A stretch of DNA of 64,000 bases from Camelus dromedarius (lineage: Eukaryota), in contig NC_087436.1 of assembly GCF_036321535.1 (NCBI RefSeq), forward strand, positions 74,960,001 through 75,024,000, written 5' to 3'. Below, piece by piece: positions 51,726 to 63,565 of the stretch. The position numbers and the translations under genes are program-made. The notes under the pieces were generated by a model. The model did not search any database. It had not been told where the DNA came from and was given only the letters and a program-made list of their open reading frames with translations. The number at the start of each line of letters is the position of its first letter. Position 1 is the stretch's first letter.

Positions 51726-52358
51726 GACAATGTAATTTTTTCTAAAAAAAAGTTAGTCATTGTTATATAAAAAACTGTGCCCAAAGATGATGATTTAACA
51801 TATGCAGCCTCAGAAGTTAGTATTTACATATCTCCAGGTGAGGCATGAGTTTTCATTTGGAGAAAACTTATAAATTATTTTGTTCATTTTCAATTCTAAA
51901 TGTTCTTCGCATGTGCAAAAGTCAAGTGAGAACTATCAGTGTGTTGGCTCCAAGAGTGGAAATATTCAATTATGTCAGTTTTATGTCATTGTTTTCTTCC
52001 ACTGCAGAGAATTAAGGTTGGAAGTTCATTACAATAAAGGTGAAATAGCTCTCACAATTGTGAATGCTATTGTCAATTCAGTTTAAAACTTCAACATTCA
52101 AGGTAAATTTACTTGCTTTTTATAGTTACTATATTTTAGTTTAATATACATAAGTATATGGTATTTTTATTGAAAGTATTTCAAAATAGGACTATTTTAC
52201 AGGCCTACCAATATAACAAAACCAATATGTTACATAGTTAATAAATTCCAAAAAATTCTATAATTTTAGTTATTTTAACCATCCCTTCTCAATGGTGTCT
52301 CAATAGTGTATTATGTTATGTAAAAATTAAGTTCACTCTCAAAATTGTTCCAATTAAG

Positions 52359-53400
52359 GAGTGACATGAACAGATGACAGAATAAAAAGTCCCAAAACTC
52401 ATTCCCCCCAAGAAACACCAACTTAACAACAATATATAGTGCAAAAACCTTTTTTGAGAACACAGTAATCCCTAGAAATGCAAGGCAAGAACAGCTGTCT
52501 TGAAGTGAGTGGAAAAAGTCATTGTTTTTCACCCAAGACAACTCTTCCCTCAAGATAGCACACCTCAGCCGCCTGATCATGAGAAACTATCCAGCTCATG
52601 GCTCCTCTCTCAGGAGGGAAAGTGCAGCATTTCCATCCAATATCCCAGCTTTTCAGAAGCTACCATGGACTAGTTTCTGTCTAGCCTGACTTGGAATGTT
52701 GTTGGGGAACTGACATGCCACTGAAAATAAAGAAGAGCTCTGTGGCTTGTTGCTGCACAAGACATTCTGCAATTCAGAGAGACATCAGAGGGAGCAAGAT
52801 ATTATAAGCTCCAGAAAAAGAAACAGGCAAACCTCTCTACCTGGGAAATTACATGTATAAAGCCAGAGAAAACACATCCCCAGAAAAAGTTTGAGAGACC
52901 TCCAGAATCTCTAGCCAGACTGATTGGTGAAGGTCTTCCCCTGAACAAAAGCAATATGTAAAGAATGGATGGGTGGTTGTTCTTTCAAATGTCCAAATCC
53001 CAGCAAGATATAATGAAACATATGAAGCAATAGGGAAACTTTATACAATCAATTAACAAAATAAAGCTTCAGAAACTGACTCTCAGAAATGGAAATCAAT
53101 AAATTACCTGACAAAAAATTTAAAATAACCATCTTAAAGAAGTTCAATCAGTTGTAAGATAACACAGACAACTAAAAAATCAGAAAGTGATACATGAACA
53201 AAAATCAGAATATCAACACAGAATATTGATAATAGAAGAGAACCAAAGAGAAAGTCTGGAGCTGAAGAATACAATAACTGGATTGAAAATTCACTACAGG
53301 CTTTCAAAAGCAGATTTGATCAAGCAGAAGAATTCAGTGAATTCAAAGACAAGTCATTTGAAACTGTTGAGTCAGAAGCAAAAAGAGAGAGAGAGAAAAA
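52359..53400 (+). mobile_element. Older L1 5' UTR and ORF1 N-terminal part
   Basis: Starts gagtgacatgaacagatgacagaat (L1M 5' terminus style); ORF1-like [18 protein letters not shown]. Confidence 0.8.
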
Positions 53401-53518
53401 AAGAACTTATACAGATCCTTCTCAAACTTTTCCAAAAGATTGAAAAGGAGGGAACACTCCCACAGTCATTCTATGAAGCCACCATCACCCTGATACCAAA
53501 AACAGACAAAGAGAAGGA

Positions 53519-53585
<67 letters not shown>

Positions 53586-56042
53586 GAAGGAAGGAAGGAA
53601 GGAAGGAAGGAAGGAAGGAAGGAAGGAAGGAAGAAAACTACAGGCCAATATCTTTGATGAATACAGATGCAAAAATCCTCAACAAAATATTACCAAACCA
53701 AATTAGGATCATACATCATGATCAAGGGTGATTTATTCCAGAGATGTGAGGATCATTCAATATCCTCAAATCAATGTGATATACCACATTAACAAAAGAA
53801 GGGTAAAAATTACATGATCATCTCAAAAGATGCAGAAAAATCATTTGACAAAATTCAAAATCCATTTATAATTTTAAAAAACTCTCATCAAAGTTGGTAT
53901 AGAGGGAACATATCTCAACATAACAAAGGCCTTTTATGATAAACCTACCGCTAACATCATACTCAAAGGTAAAAAGCTGAAAGCCTTTTCTCTAAAATCA
54001 GGAACAGGACAAGGATGTCCACTCTTGTCACTTCTATTTAACATAGTATTGGAAGTCCTAGCCACAGCAATCAGATAAGGGGGAAAAAAAAAGAAGGGCA
54101 TCTAAATTGGAAGGGAAGTAAAACTGTCACTATTTGCAGATGATAGGATAGTATATATAAAAAAACCCTAAAATGTCACCAAAAACTTTTAGAACTAATA
54201 AATAAATTCAGTAAAGTCACAGGATACAAGATTAATATACACAAATCTGTTGCTTTTCTATATGCTAATAATGAGCTATCAGAAAGAGAATACAAGAAAA
54301 CAATCCCATTTCCATTTGAATCAAGGAGAATAAAATACCTAGGAATAAACTTAACCAAGGAAGTGAAAGACCTATACTCTGAAAACTATAAGACGTTGCT
54401 GAAGGAAATTGAAGATGATACAAATAAATGAAAAGATATCCCATGTTCATGGATTGGAAGAATTAATATTGTTGAAATGTTTACTACCCAAAGCAATCTA
54501 CAGATTTAATGCAATCACTATCAAAATACCCATGACATTTTTCATAGAACTAGAACAAATAATCCTGAAATTTATATGAAATTACAAAAGATCCTGAATT
54601 GCCAAAGCAACCTTGGCAAAAAAAAGAACATAGCTGAAGGTATCATGCTCCCTTACTCAAACTATACTATGACGCTTCAGTAATCAAAGCAGTATGGTAC
54701 TAGCACAAAGACAGACACATAGATCAATGGAAAAGAACAGAGAGCCCAGATATAAACTCATGCACCTATGGCCAACTAACTAACCTATGACAAAGGAGTC
54801 AAGAATATACAGTGGAGAAAAGACAGTCTCTTCAATAAGTGGTGCTGGGAAAACTAGAGAGCTACATGCCAAAGAATAAAATTAGAACATTTTCTCACAC
54901 CTTATACAAAAATAAAATCAAAATAAACTAAAGCCCAAATGTATGGCCAGAAACTACAAAAATCCTAAAAGAAAACATAGGCAGAACACTCTTTGACATA
55001 AATCACAGCAATACTTTTTTGGACCTGTCTCCTAAAGCAAAGGAAACAAAAGCAATAATAAATAAATGGGGACTTAACTAAACTTCAAGGCTTTGGCACA
55101 ACAAAGGAAACCATCAACAAAACAAAAAGACAACCTACTGAATGGGAGAAAATACTTGCTAATGATATGGCTGATAAGGGATTAATATTCAAAATATATA
55201 AGCAGCTCATACAACTCAATACCAAAAACAAAAAACAAACAAACAAAAACAGACAACCTGATTTAAAAGATGTGCACGAATGATAAATGCTGGAAAGGGT
55301 GTGGAGAAAAGGGAACCCTCCTACCCTGTTGGTGGGAATGGAGTTTGGTGCAGCCACTATGGAGAACAGTATGGAGATTCCTCAAAAAACTAAAAATAGA
55401 TTTACCATATGACCCAACAATCCCACTCCTGGATATATATCCAGAGGGAACCTTAATTCAAAACGACACCTGCACCCCAATGCTCATAGCAGCACTATTT
55501 ACAATAGCCAAGACATGGAAACAACCTAAATGTTCACCGACAGGTGACTGGATAAAGAAGTTGTGGCATATTTATACAATGGAATACTACTCAGCCATAA
55601 AAAGAATAAAATAATGCCATTTGCAGCAACATGGATGGACCTGGAGATTGTCATTCTAAGTGAAGTAAGCCAGAAAGAGAAAGAAAAATATCATATGATA
55701 TCACTTATATGTGGAAACTAAAAAAAAAAAAAAAAAAAAAAAGACAAACAAACTTATTTACAAAACAGAAATAGGCTCACAGACATAGAAAACAAACTTA
55801 TGGTTACTGGGAGGGAAGGGGATGGGAAGCAACAAATTGGGAGTTCTTGCAGATACTAACTAATGTACATAAAATAGATAAACAATAAGTTTATACTGTA
55901 TAGCACAGGGAACTATATTCAATATCTTGTAGTAACCTATGGTGAAAAAGAATATGAAACAAATATATGTATGTTCCTATATGACTGAAGTATTGTGCTG
56001 TACACCAGAAATTGACAAAACATTGTAAACTGACTATACTTC
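53400..56042 (+). mobile_element. Younger L1: ORF2 RT domain through 3' UTR, frameshifted
   Basis: [33 protein letters not shown]; ctatttgcagatgat (LFADD); ORF 55270-55614 is the ORF2p C-terminus; 3' UTR to gactatact. Confidence 0.97.
53510..53634. repeat. Compound (GAAA)n(GGAA)n microsatellite inside L1 ORF2
   Basis: Seen directly; about 16 GAAA units followed by about 12 GGAA units. Confidence 0.97.
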
Positions 56043-56074
56043 TCTACATATATATTCTATATATATATATAGAA

Positions 56075-56232
56075 AATAGAATGGTGGTGGCCAGGGACTG
56101 GGGAGAAGGGGAAAAGGGGAGTTTGTGTTCAGTGGGTATAGAGTTTCAGTTTTGTGTAGAGTTAATACTATTGCAATGTACATTTTAAAATGGTTAAGAG
56201 TAAATTTTATGGTTTTTTATCACAATTTTAAA
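56075..56232 (+). mobile_element. Older L1 (L1MA/MB-like) 3' terminus
   Basis: tagaatggtggtggccagggactgggg...gggtatagagtttcagtttt...ttttatcacaattttaaaaaaa. Confidence 0.8.
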
Positions 56233-56499
56233 AAAAGTGTCCCAGTTAAGTTATATGTTATATATAGGTTGAGTTATGTTACATGGTCTCCCTGCCCATG
56301 ACACAGAGCTGAGTCATTCAACTAATCCTTCCTTTCTGAAGCAAGCCATACTCAACACTCCTCCCCAACCTACTCCAGGGAATGAGTCACTCAAGGCTGT
56401 GTTTTGTGGTGACTCTGCCTGAAATGAGGGTGGTGGAAAAAACACTGAAGCTTCCATGGCTTTGCACATGCTCCTCCCCAGTTGGGAAAGTGCCTGGCT

Positions 56500-56885
56500 T
56501 ATTTGGGGCAGTAGTCCATCTAGGGTGGCTGGAGAATTAAGGCTGAGTGGGTAGGAAGGCGGTGAGGTCGGAAAGGTCCAATGTGATGCAAGGCCTGAAA
56601 AATCGGACCTCATTCAAAAGTTGGAAGTTTATCCTCTAGAGAGTGGAAAACTCTCTAAAAGGTTTCCACAGAGGTGAGTGACAAGATCCCATTTGTGGTT
56701 TTAGAAACAGAATTCTGACAACTGCAAAGGATGGACTGGCCAGGGCAAAGTTGGTATACAGTTCAGCTGGTATCCTCTGCACTTCTGCAAAACCATCTTA
56801 AAGAAACCGTGGAAGGGATGAATTTAAGAGATGTTTTTAAGGGAGAATTAAGAGGACTTGGTGACCAATAGGAATGGAATTAACT
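56500..56885 (-). mobile_element. LINE-2 fragment
   Basis: gaagtttatcct; gagtgacaagatcccatttgtggttttagaaac; aggacttggtgaccaat. Confidence 0.7.
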
Positions 56886-57057
56886 GAAAAGCATTTGAAG
56901 GAACAAATATAATTCACCTGGCATAGGGCCTGACCCACAGTAGACAACCAATAAATATTCATTCCCCCACCTCTTAGAAATACATTTGCTTTACAACTAG
57001 CATAATTGTTCTGTTCCTTGGTTGCTGGGATAACTATGATTTTAAAATAAATAAATA

Positions 57058-57423
57058 CATGCACATCACATTTTATTGTGCTTTGCTTTACTGCACTTTG
57101 CAGGTATTGCATTTTTTTTTTAATGGCTTTTTGGTTTGGGGGTTTTGCTTTTGTTTTTGTTTACAAGTTGAGGGTTAGTGGCAACCCTGCATTGTCAGAT
57201 GATGGTTAGCACTTTTTAGAAATAAAGTATTTTTAAATTAAGGTGTGTATATTGTTTTTTTAGACATAATGCTATTGCACACTTATTGCACTACGGTATA
57301 GTATAAAAGTTACTTTTTATATGTACTGGGAAACCAACAAATTTGTGTGCCTTGCATTATTGTGATATTTACTTTATTGTGGTGGTCTGGAACCAAACTT
57401 GAATTACCTCTGAGGTATGCCTG
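57058..57423 (+). mobile_element. Tigger1-derived non-autonomous DNA transposon
   Basis: Flanked by TA on both sides; left end catgcacatcacattttattgtgctttgcttt, right end gaggtatgcctg. Confidence 0.88.
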
Positions 57424-57474
57424 TAAATATATTTTCACCAGGGAAAAATTTCTTTCATACAATGGAAATTGAAA

Positions 57475-58005
57475 CAATCACTTTGGAAAACTTTTGGTAA
57501 TAAAGGGCAAATTTGGCAACATTGAGTAAAGCCTAAGATACTCATACCCTAAGACCATGCAAGTCCACTTCTGTCTATAACACCTACAGAAGGTCTCATG
57601 TAGGTGAAAATTGGGAACCAGCCAAAACGACTGTAAAGAGGAAAATGGATAATGAATTGTAGAATACTCATATAATGGCATGCTATATAGTATTTATGAA
57701 CATAGATAAATCCCGAAAACATATTAAGCAAAACAAAAAAGTTTGCAGAGATATATATATAATACCACTTAAGGTTTAAAATCTGTTAAATAACACTATG
57801 TAATAAAAAAGAGAAGAGGCTTGATAAAGGAGAAGTGCACAGAGGTCTTAGTTATGTTTATGGCATTTAATGTCTTGAAAAAAGGACTGGAGCAGGTACA
57901 GCATAATGTTAAGATTTGACAGAGTCGCATACACTGGTGGTTCATTACAAGATTCTCTATTCTTATTCATATGTTTGACCATTTTGCAATAAAAGTTTTT
58001 TAAAT
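57475..58005 (+). mobile_element. Ancient L1 (L1ME-like) 3' region
   Basis: aatttggcaac...aaattgggaaccagccaaa; ends aataaaagttttttaaa. Confidence 0.6.
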
Positions 58006-58339
58006 GAAGCAGAGTAGTCAAATGTCAACTGTCCTTTTAGCTCCAGAATAATATTGTGTCCAGTATTTGCTAAAGCTGAAGGACACAGAGAGTAGGTCAC
58101 ATCTTTAATACTGAACAGTCTCTGCGGAAACAGCAACCAGCTTGGTGCACCAGACAGGGAGTTCTGAGAAACTGGTGCTTATCTGGCTCTCATCTTGAGC
58201 AACTCAGTAATTGTCTTGTGACCTTGAGCAATTCATTTTACTTTGGTCCTCAATTTCTTCACCTCTTCAGCCAGTGTAGCTTAAATCCCCCTTGAATTCA
58301 GAGAATTTAGATAGCCTGAATCTTAAAGGGAATTTAAAA

Positions 58340-58548
58340 AATAATAACAAGGGTAGCTACTATGCATTGCTACATGTCATAAGCACTTTAATTAGGAGGA
58401 TTAAAAGGTACAATGCATGTATGTTCTGTTTTTATCTCTAATCTATACATCAGGAAATTGAAGCTTAGAAAGGTTAAATAATTTGCCAATGACACACAGA
58501 CAAAGCAGGGATTTTAACCCAGATACATCTGTCACTTTCTGACTCTAA
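58340..58548 (-). mobile_element. MIR SINE
   Basis: aggaaattgaagcttagaaaggttaaataatttgcc...ggattttaacccag. Confidence 0.75.
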
Positions 58549-58560
58549 ACACCATGCATA

Positions 58561-58850
58561 TTTTTATTTTTTCTTTTTTTTTTTCCTGCAAAGTGCAGAT
58601 CTTCATTGACACAGAGGCCATCCTCACCCACTGAGCCCAGGTTCCTGTAGTTCTCCAGCATCATCTCCCTGTACAGGGAGTCTGTTCCAGGCCCAGCATT
58701 TCCCACTCCTCTGGGTAAAACCCAGGGTAACATCTTCAAAGGTCACTGCTTCACGGAGCCAGTCCATTGGAAGTCTCAAGGTCATACCTTCCTCTTCTTC
58801 ATGTGTCTTGTGGGAGTGGGCAGAGTCCCCACACTGCCCATGCATGGTCT
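58561..58850 (-). pseudogene. KRAB zinc-finger gene fragment (KRAB-A box plus upstream coding sequence), frameshifted retrocopy with no zinc fingers
   Basis: 58752-58628 restores to EAVTFEDVTLGFTQEEWEMLGLEQxSLYREMMLENYRNLGSVG after repairing two 1-nt deletions (125 nt versus the usual 127-nt exon); contiguous upstream GDSAHSHKTHEEEEGMTLRLPMDWLR; A-rich tail at 58561-58584. Confidence 0.92.
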
Positions 58851-58920
58851 TAACCAGACCCGAGGACCCTTGCTGGGTCAGATCCACATTGTTAGTAAGT
58901 ACCCCTTCTGATATTCTGAG

Positions 58921-59426
58921 TAGGGTGGCCATGTAACTTATCCTCCAAACCAGGGCACTGAGAGTAAAAGGGGCACTGTTATGAGATCGTCTTACTAAGT
59001 GAAGTAAGCCAGAAAGAGAAAGAAAAATATCATACACCATCACTTATACGTGGAATTTTAAAAAAAGAGACACAAATGAACTTATTTACGAAACAGAGAC
59101 AGACTCACAGACATAGAGAACAAACTTATGGTTACCGGGGGGAAGGGGTAGGGGGTGGGAAGGGATAAATTGGGAGTTTAGGATTTGTAGATACTACTAT
59201 ATATAAAATAGATGAACAACAAGGTCCTACTGTATAGCACAGGGAACCATATTCAACTCCCTGTAATGGCGTATAATGAAAAAGAATATATACGTATAAA
59301 TGAATGACTATGCTATACACCAGAAACTAACACAACATTGTAAATCAACTATACTTCAATTTAAAAAAATTATCCCAGGCATAAACCAGGACTGTCCCAG
59401 GCAAACTAGAACACATGGTCACCGTA
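58921..59426. mobile_element. MER81-like hAT-Blackjack MITE split by an L1 3' end
   Basis: Terminal inverted repeats tagggtggccatgt / acatggtcaccgta; flanks attctgag / gttctgac match 6/8 (degenerate 8-bp TSD). Confidence 0.8.
58981..59368 (+). mobile_element. L1 3' UTR insertion
   Basis: ctaagtgaagtaagccagaaagagaaag...cacaacattgtaaatcaactatacttcaatttaaaaaaa. Confidence 0.92.
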
Positions 59427-59964
59427 GTTCTGACTCTCCAGCAAACAAATTCCAGCAGCTTTTTAGAGATACCAGACAAGCCCAGTGGTTTTCTAGTAGT
59501 AACCAAGCAGGTCACTTAGATGCCCAGTCTAAAGGTCTGTTGCTCCAGTAGCACCAGAGGTCCTCCCAACCCAGCTGGCAGAAATAGATGCTGGAACGAT
59601 GCCTTCTGGTGATGTCTTCATACACAGCTGTTGCCCACACAGGACACTGCAGCTGCTCCAAAGTCCTTCCACAGTTTATCTCTTACTGCCGTATTCATTT
59701 CCTGGAGCACAGAGTTTCTGCTTCCTCCCTTGCTCAGGCATTTAGAAAAATCCTGTCTGCAAAGAAGACTCTCACTCCTAGAATCCTTTGAGATAAGAAT
59801 GGGATGATGTCGCCCTCTAGTGTGAACAAGGAGGCAGGGAGCACAGACAGATTTGGTCACTTACAGAAGAGAATGCAGAGAAAGCAGAATACTAGCCCTT
59901 AGCAAGCAAATGGATTAACACCTTTTCCTGTTTAATTATTAGGACAACTTGGTAAAGTCCATGC

Positions 59965-60100
59965 TTATGTTCTTCATTTTTATAGATCATAACACTGCTC
60001 AGTGAGATTGAGTAACTTATTCAAGGTCACAGAACTAGGAAGTGAATTGAAATTTGAACACAACTCTGTCTAGCATTAAAGCCCGTGGTCTTTCCCTGTA
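59965..60100 (-). mobile_element. MIR SINE
   Basis: cattttttatagat...gagtaacttattcaaggtcacagaactag. Confidence 0.7.
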
Positions 60101-63100
60101 TCAATCTGTAGGCCATATATAAACTGAGTCTTCAGATATTCAAAATATATTTTGAAACACTGTTTAATGCCAGAAGCGGAAGTTGAGGATCGATTGATTT
60201 ATTACATAAAGAGACCTCAGAGCACTTTAAGACGAAGTATATGTCCCCATGTGTGGAGGGGGCAGGAGGTGTGGTGGGGGCGGGAGGTGGCGTTGGGTGG
60301 AAACAGTCCCTGATGCCTTTCTTTGTGATTCCTTCATTTATAATAGCCTCCTACATCTACATCTTTGTTAATGTTTTCCCACATCCTTCACAAAAATTCA
60401 GTCTTCCTCGCTGATCCTTATCTCTCCTGCTTCTGAACTACCTACCACTTCTTTGCACCAGTTTTCTTAGTCACCTTAGTATTATAGTCACCAGCACATC
60501 TGCCTAATTCCTCCATCCACCACCCTTGTATTACATAGTAAGCTACCCAAAAGCCGAGACCATCTTATTTTTTTCTCATTTTAAACCCCTATAATATCTA
60601 TCACAGTGCTTCCACAAAGAATAGACCCTCAAGATATTTGCAGAATTTGGACTGCAAGAGCTGTCACCCACTGTCTTTGATGAGATTTTAATTGCAAGAC
60701 ATCAATAGCTTCTTCCAACTTGATAACATCCCACTATGTCCTCTTACAGAGAGAATTAGACACATTAAATTTCTAATAGCCTGGCAAGATCAAAGCTCTC
60801 CTAACTCACATCCACATACTGGTGAAAATACAGAACCATAAACTTTGGACTTGGAAAATGGGCTGGAGGGATGGTCTCTCCCCTCATCTCAAGCGTGGAG
60901 GCTGTGGGGCAGCGTTCCACCATGTCTGTCTCTGTCCTCCTTCACTTCCCCGTCCCCCTCCCTCCATATTTGGTGGTGCTCTGCTCTACCATAGCATCAT
61001 CTACCCTCTCATTCAGTTGCTCCCTTAAATAGAACACTTCTGCTTTTTTCCTCTCCCTAAAAGGTTTTCCCTGATCCTGCCTGGTGTGTCCTCCGTGTTC
61101 AGGGAAATGTGACCAACCTCCTGACCTCTCATTCTGTCGCAGACCAGCTGTCTTCCATGTATTAACCCTGTTTAAGTAAGTCTTTAAATTCCTGGGACGC
61201 TCAGTCAGCAGCATCAAGAGCGGCAGCACCATCTGCTAGGCGTTTAACCCCCGGCTCCCTGTGATGGTGGAGGCGAATTAGAAACCCAGGTCTCATCTGG
61301 GGCGAGGCCTGAGCCACATAACATCTTAACGCTCATTGGCAATTTTTCACTCATTCTAAGTGTTGGCAAAGTAAGTTTTGATATTGAAAAGGTAAAATTC
61401 TAGTACATTTATGTTGGTTTCAGTGATATATCACTGAACAAATAATATTTGTATACTCTGTTATATTATATAATTATATAATATAATACATAATACTCTG
61501 TATTACAATACATAATATTTCAGCAAAATATTAGAAGCAATTTATATAGTCATTAAATACAAAATTCAGCCCTAGGCTAGTATAACCAAAACATTTTGAA
61601 TGACTTTATAATATTCTGTGGTTTCAAAGTATATTTATTAACCTGGAGAAATGCTTAAGTTATAATGTTAAGTGGAAAAGAAATAGGATATAAAAATGAA
61701 TTAAAAACTAGTAACCATTTTGATGTATTTTCATCCATTTTTTTCCTGCACACATATTCTTAAAAATATAAAAAGAGAACTGCTAATGTTTAAAAAGCAT
61801 TTCTACGTGTTCCTAGTAGTAACAAATCAACGCAAGGTGATAGCTCTGCTGTAGGTGCAGCGTGTTAACCAGCACAAACCCATGGCTGACAGGTGACTTA
61901 AACCATTTTTATTGCTTCCACCAGTTCATGGAACTCTTTTTCCCTACTACCAATTCTTCAGCACTGCCACCCTTAAAAAAAAAAAAAAATCAACTCTTTC
62001 ATTTCTCTCATTTCTTCACTGTATTTGCTCCCAAAGTCATCCCAGACCCTCATCTTTGCACTTCCTAAGTCACAGATAAAGGGACTAGGAAGGGAGAACA
62101 AGCACACATTTCTCCTTCTTCTTCCCACCAAGATCCCCCTCCTTGCATCCCTGAGAAGACATGGGGCACTGTCACTAGAGAAAGACTGGTGGCCCATGAG
62201 TACACAATTCCATTAGAAGATGACAGTCCCACTACTGCAGTTTCAGACAAGATCAGAATCTTGTATAGTAATTGCCTAATTCTGGCAAACAAATAAATAT
62301 GCTACATGCTTTTAAAAGCTGTAACATAAGGCACTTTGGCATGTATGCTGAAAGGAGTTCTTATTTCTCTCTCTTATATTTGTTTTCAGGATGGGGCAAG
62401 AGACACTGAGAGCTCATGTGACATAACACTTGTCCTTCCAGACAGCTGAGTATTTCCGTGGATAGACAGTGGCATGTACTTGGAGGAGCTTCCTTAATAT
62501 GTATTTAGACAGCAGGTGTTTAAAACATAGTTCAGCCTGTCAGACAAAGAGCCATTTCCAGTCATTCCATTTGTATGCAGAATGCACTCAGGTCAGAGAA
62601 TATCCCCAGATAATATTAGAGAAAAAGAGATGTTCCGTATATGCCAATAACAAAACCCATCCACTGTGGTTAGGAATTTGAGGAGGAAGTATATAAAGGA
62701 GAGATTCAAGGAGGTGTAGGTTCAGTTAATGCCTTGATAAGTTTTCCAGTTTTATGAATCCCACACTTGATTATTTTTTCATTGCCCATAATCTATTACA
62801 GCAAGCTCACAAATACACTGCCTCCCAACTGTGGAGATTAAGTTTCCAAATACCTACAAAGTGAAAGAAGCTGAATTTGAGACATTTAAGAGCCTAGAAC
62901 ATAAGCAGAGTTGACAGACTTAGTTTAGTATGTAAGTCCCTTACAAATTAAACTATAAAACAGCACAGTACATAAAGAGATTACCAATGACTTTTTCTAC
63001 AAATTAAATCAGTAATAATGGGTTTGTGCTTAATAAAATGGAGAGGAGAAAGATATCAAGTCCTACCTGTCATACATCTGACTAACATCTTTCTTTCCAT

Positions 63101-63174
63101 AGTTCCCCAAACCTTAGACCCATCTTGACTGGAATCCTTTACTCACCCCACCTGAAAAACCAAGAGGAGGAACA

Positions 63175-63565
63175 GGACTAGTGATGGAAAGATTCATTTA
63201 ATTTGGAATATAGTGAAATTAGGTGTATCCAAGAATTTCCAAAGAGGTGATCAGAAATAGAGGACTAAAAACAAAGAAGGAGACTAGGGGTGGAGATAGA
63301 CATTAGGGGTCATCTAGGTGGGAATGGTGGAATAACGAAAAGGAAAGGAAGTAGGTCTGACGCTTGGAATAATTCAAGAGTAGTGAAGAGAGAAAGAAAC
63401 GGAACATACAGGGGAGATGTGATTTCCCCTGAGTCTTTTTCAACTCTTCTGAAGGTTCACAAAGGCCAAGAGAATGGAATTTTTCAGAAGAAATTGATGA
63501 TTATCATGAGTGAATGTGATGGAAGGGTGGAGGGAAATAAGGACTGAGGTCATTGATTTGATGTC
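63175..63565 (-). mobile_element. LINE-2 fragment
   Basis: Purine-rich L2-antisense text (ggagatagacattaggggtcatc; aggactgaggtcattgatttg). Confidence 0.55.

Noticed and set aside
53187..53657. 156-aa ORF with a long K/E/R repeat as a novel protein
   Set aside because: It is an L1 ORF1/ORF2 junction plus a translated (GAAA)n(GGAA)n microsatellite.
58624..59043. 139-aa ORF as a functional KRAB protein
   Set aside because: It begins in antisense L1 and MER81 sequence, and the KRAB box goes out of frame after FTQ.
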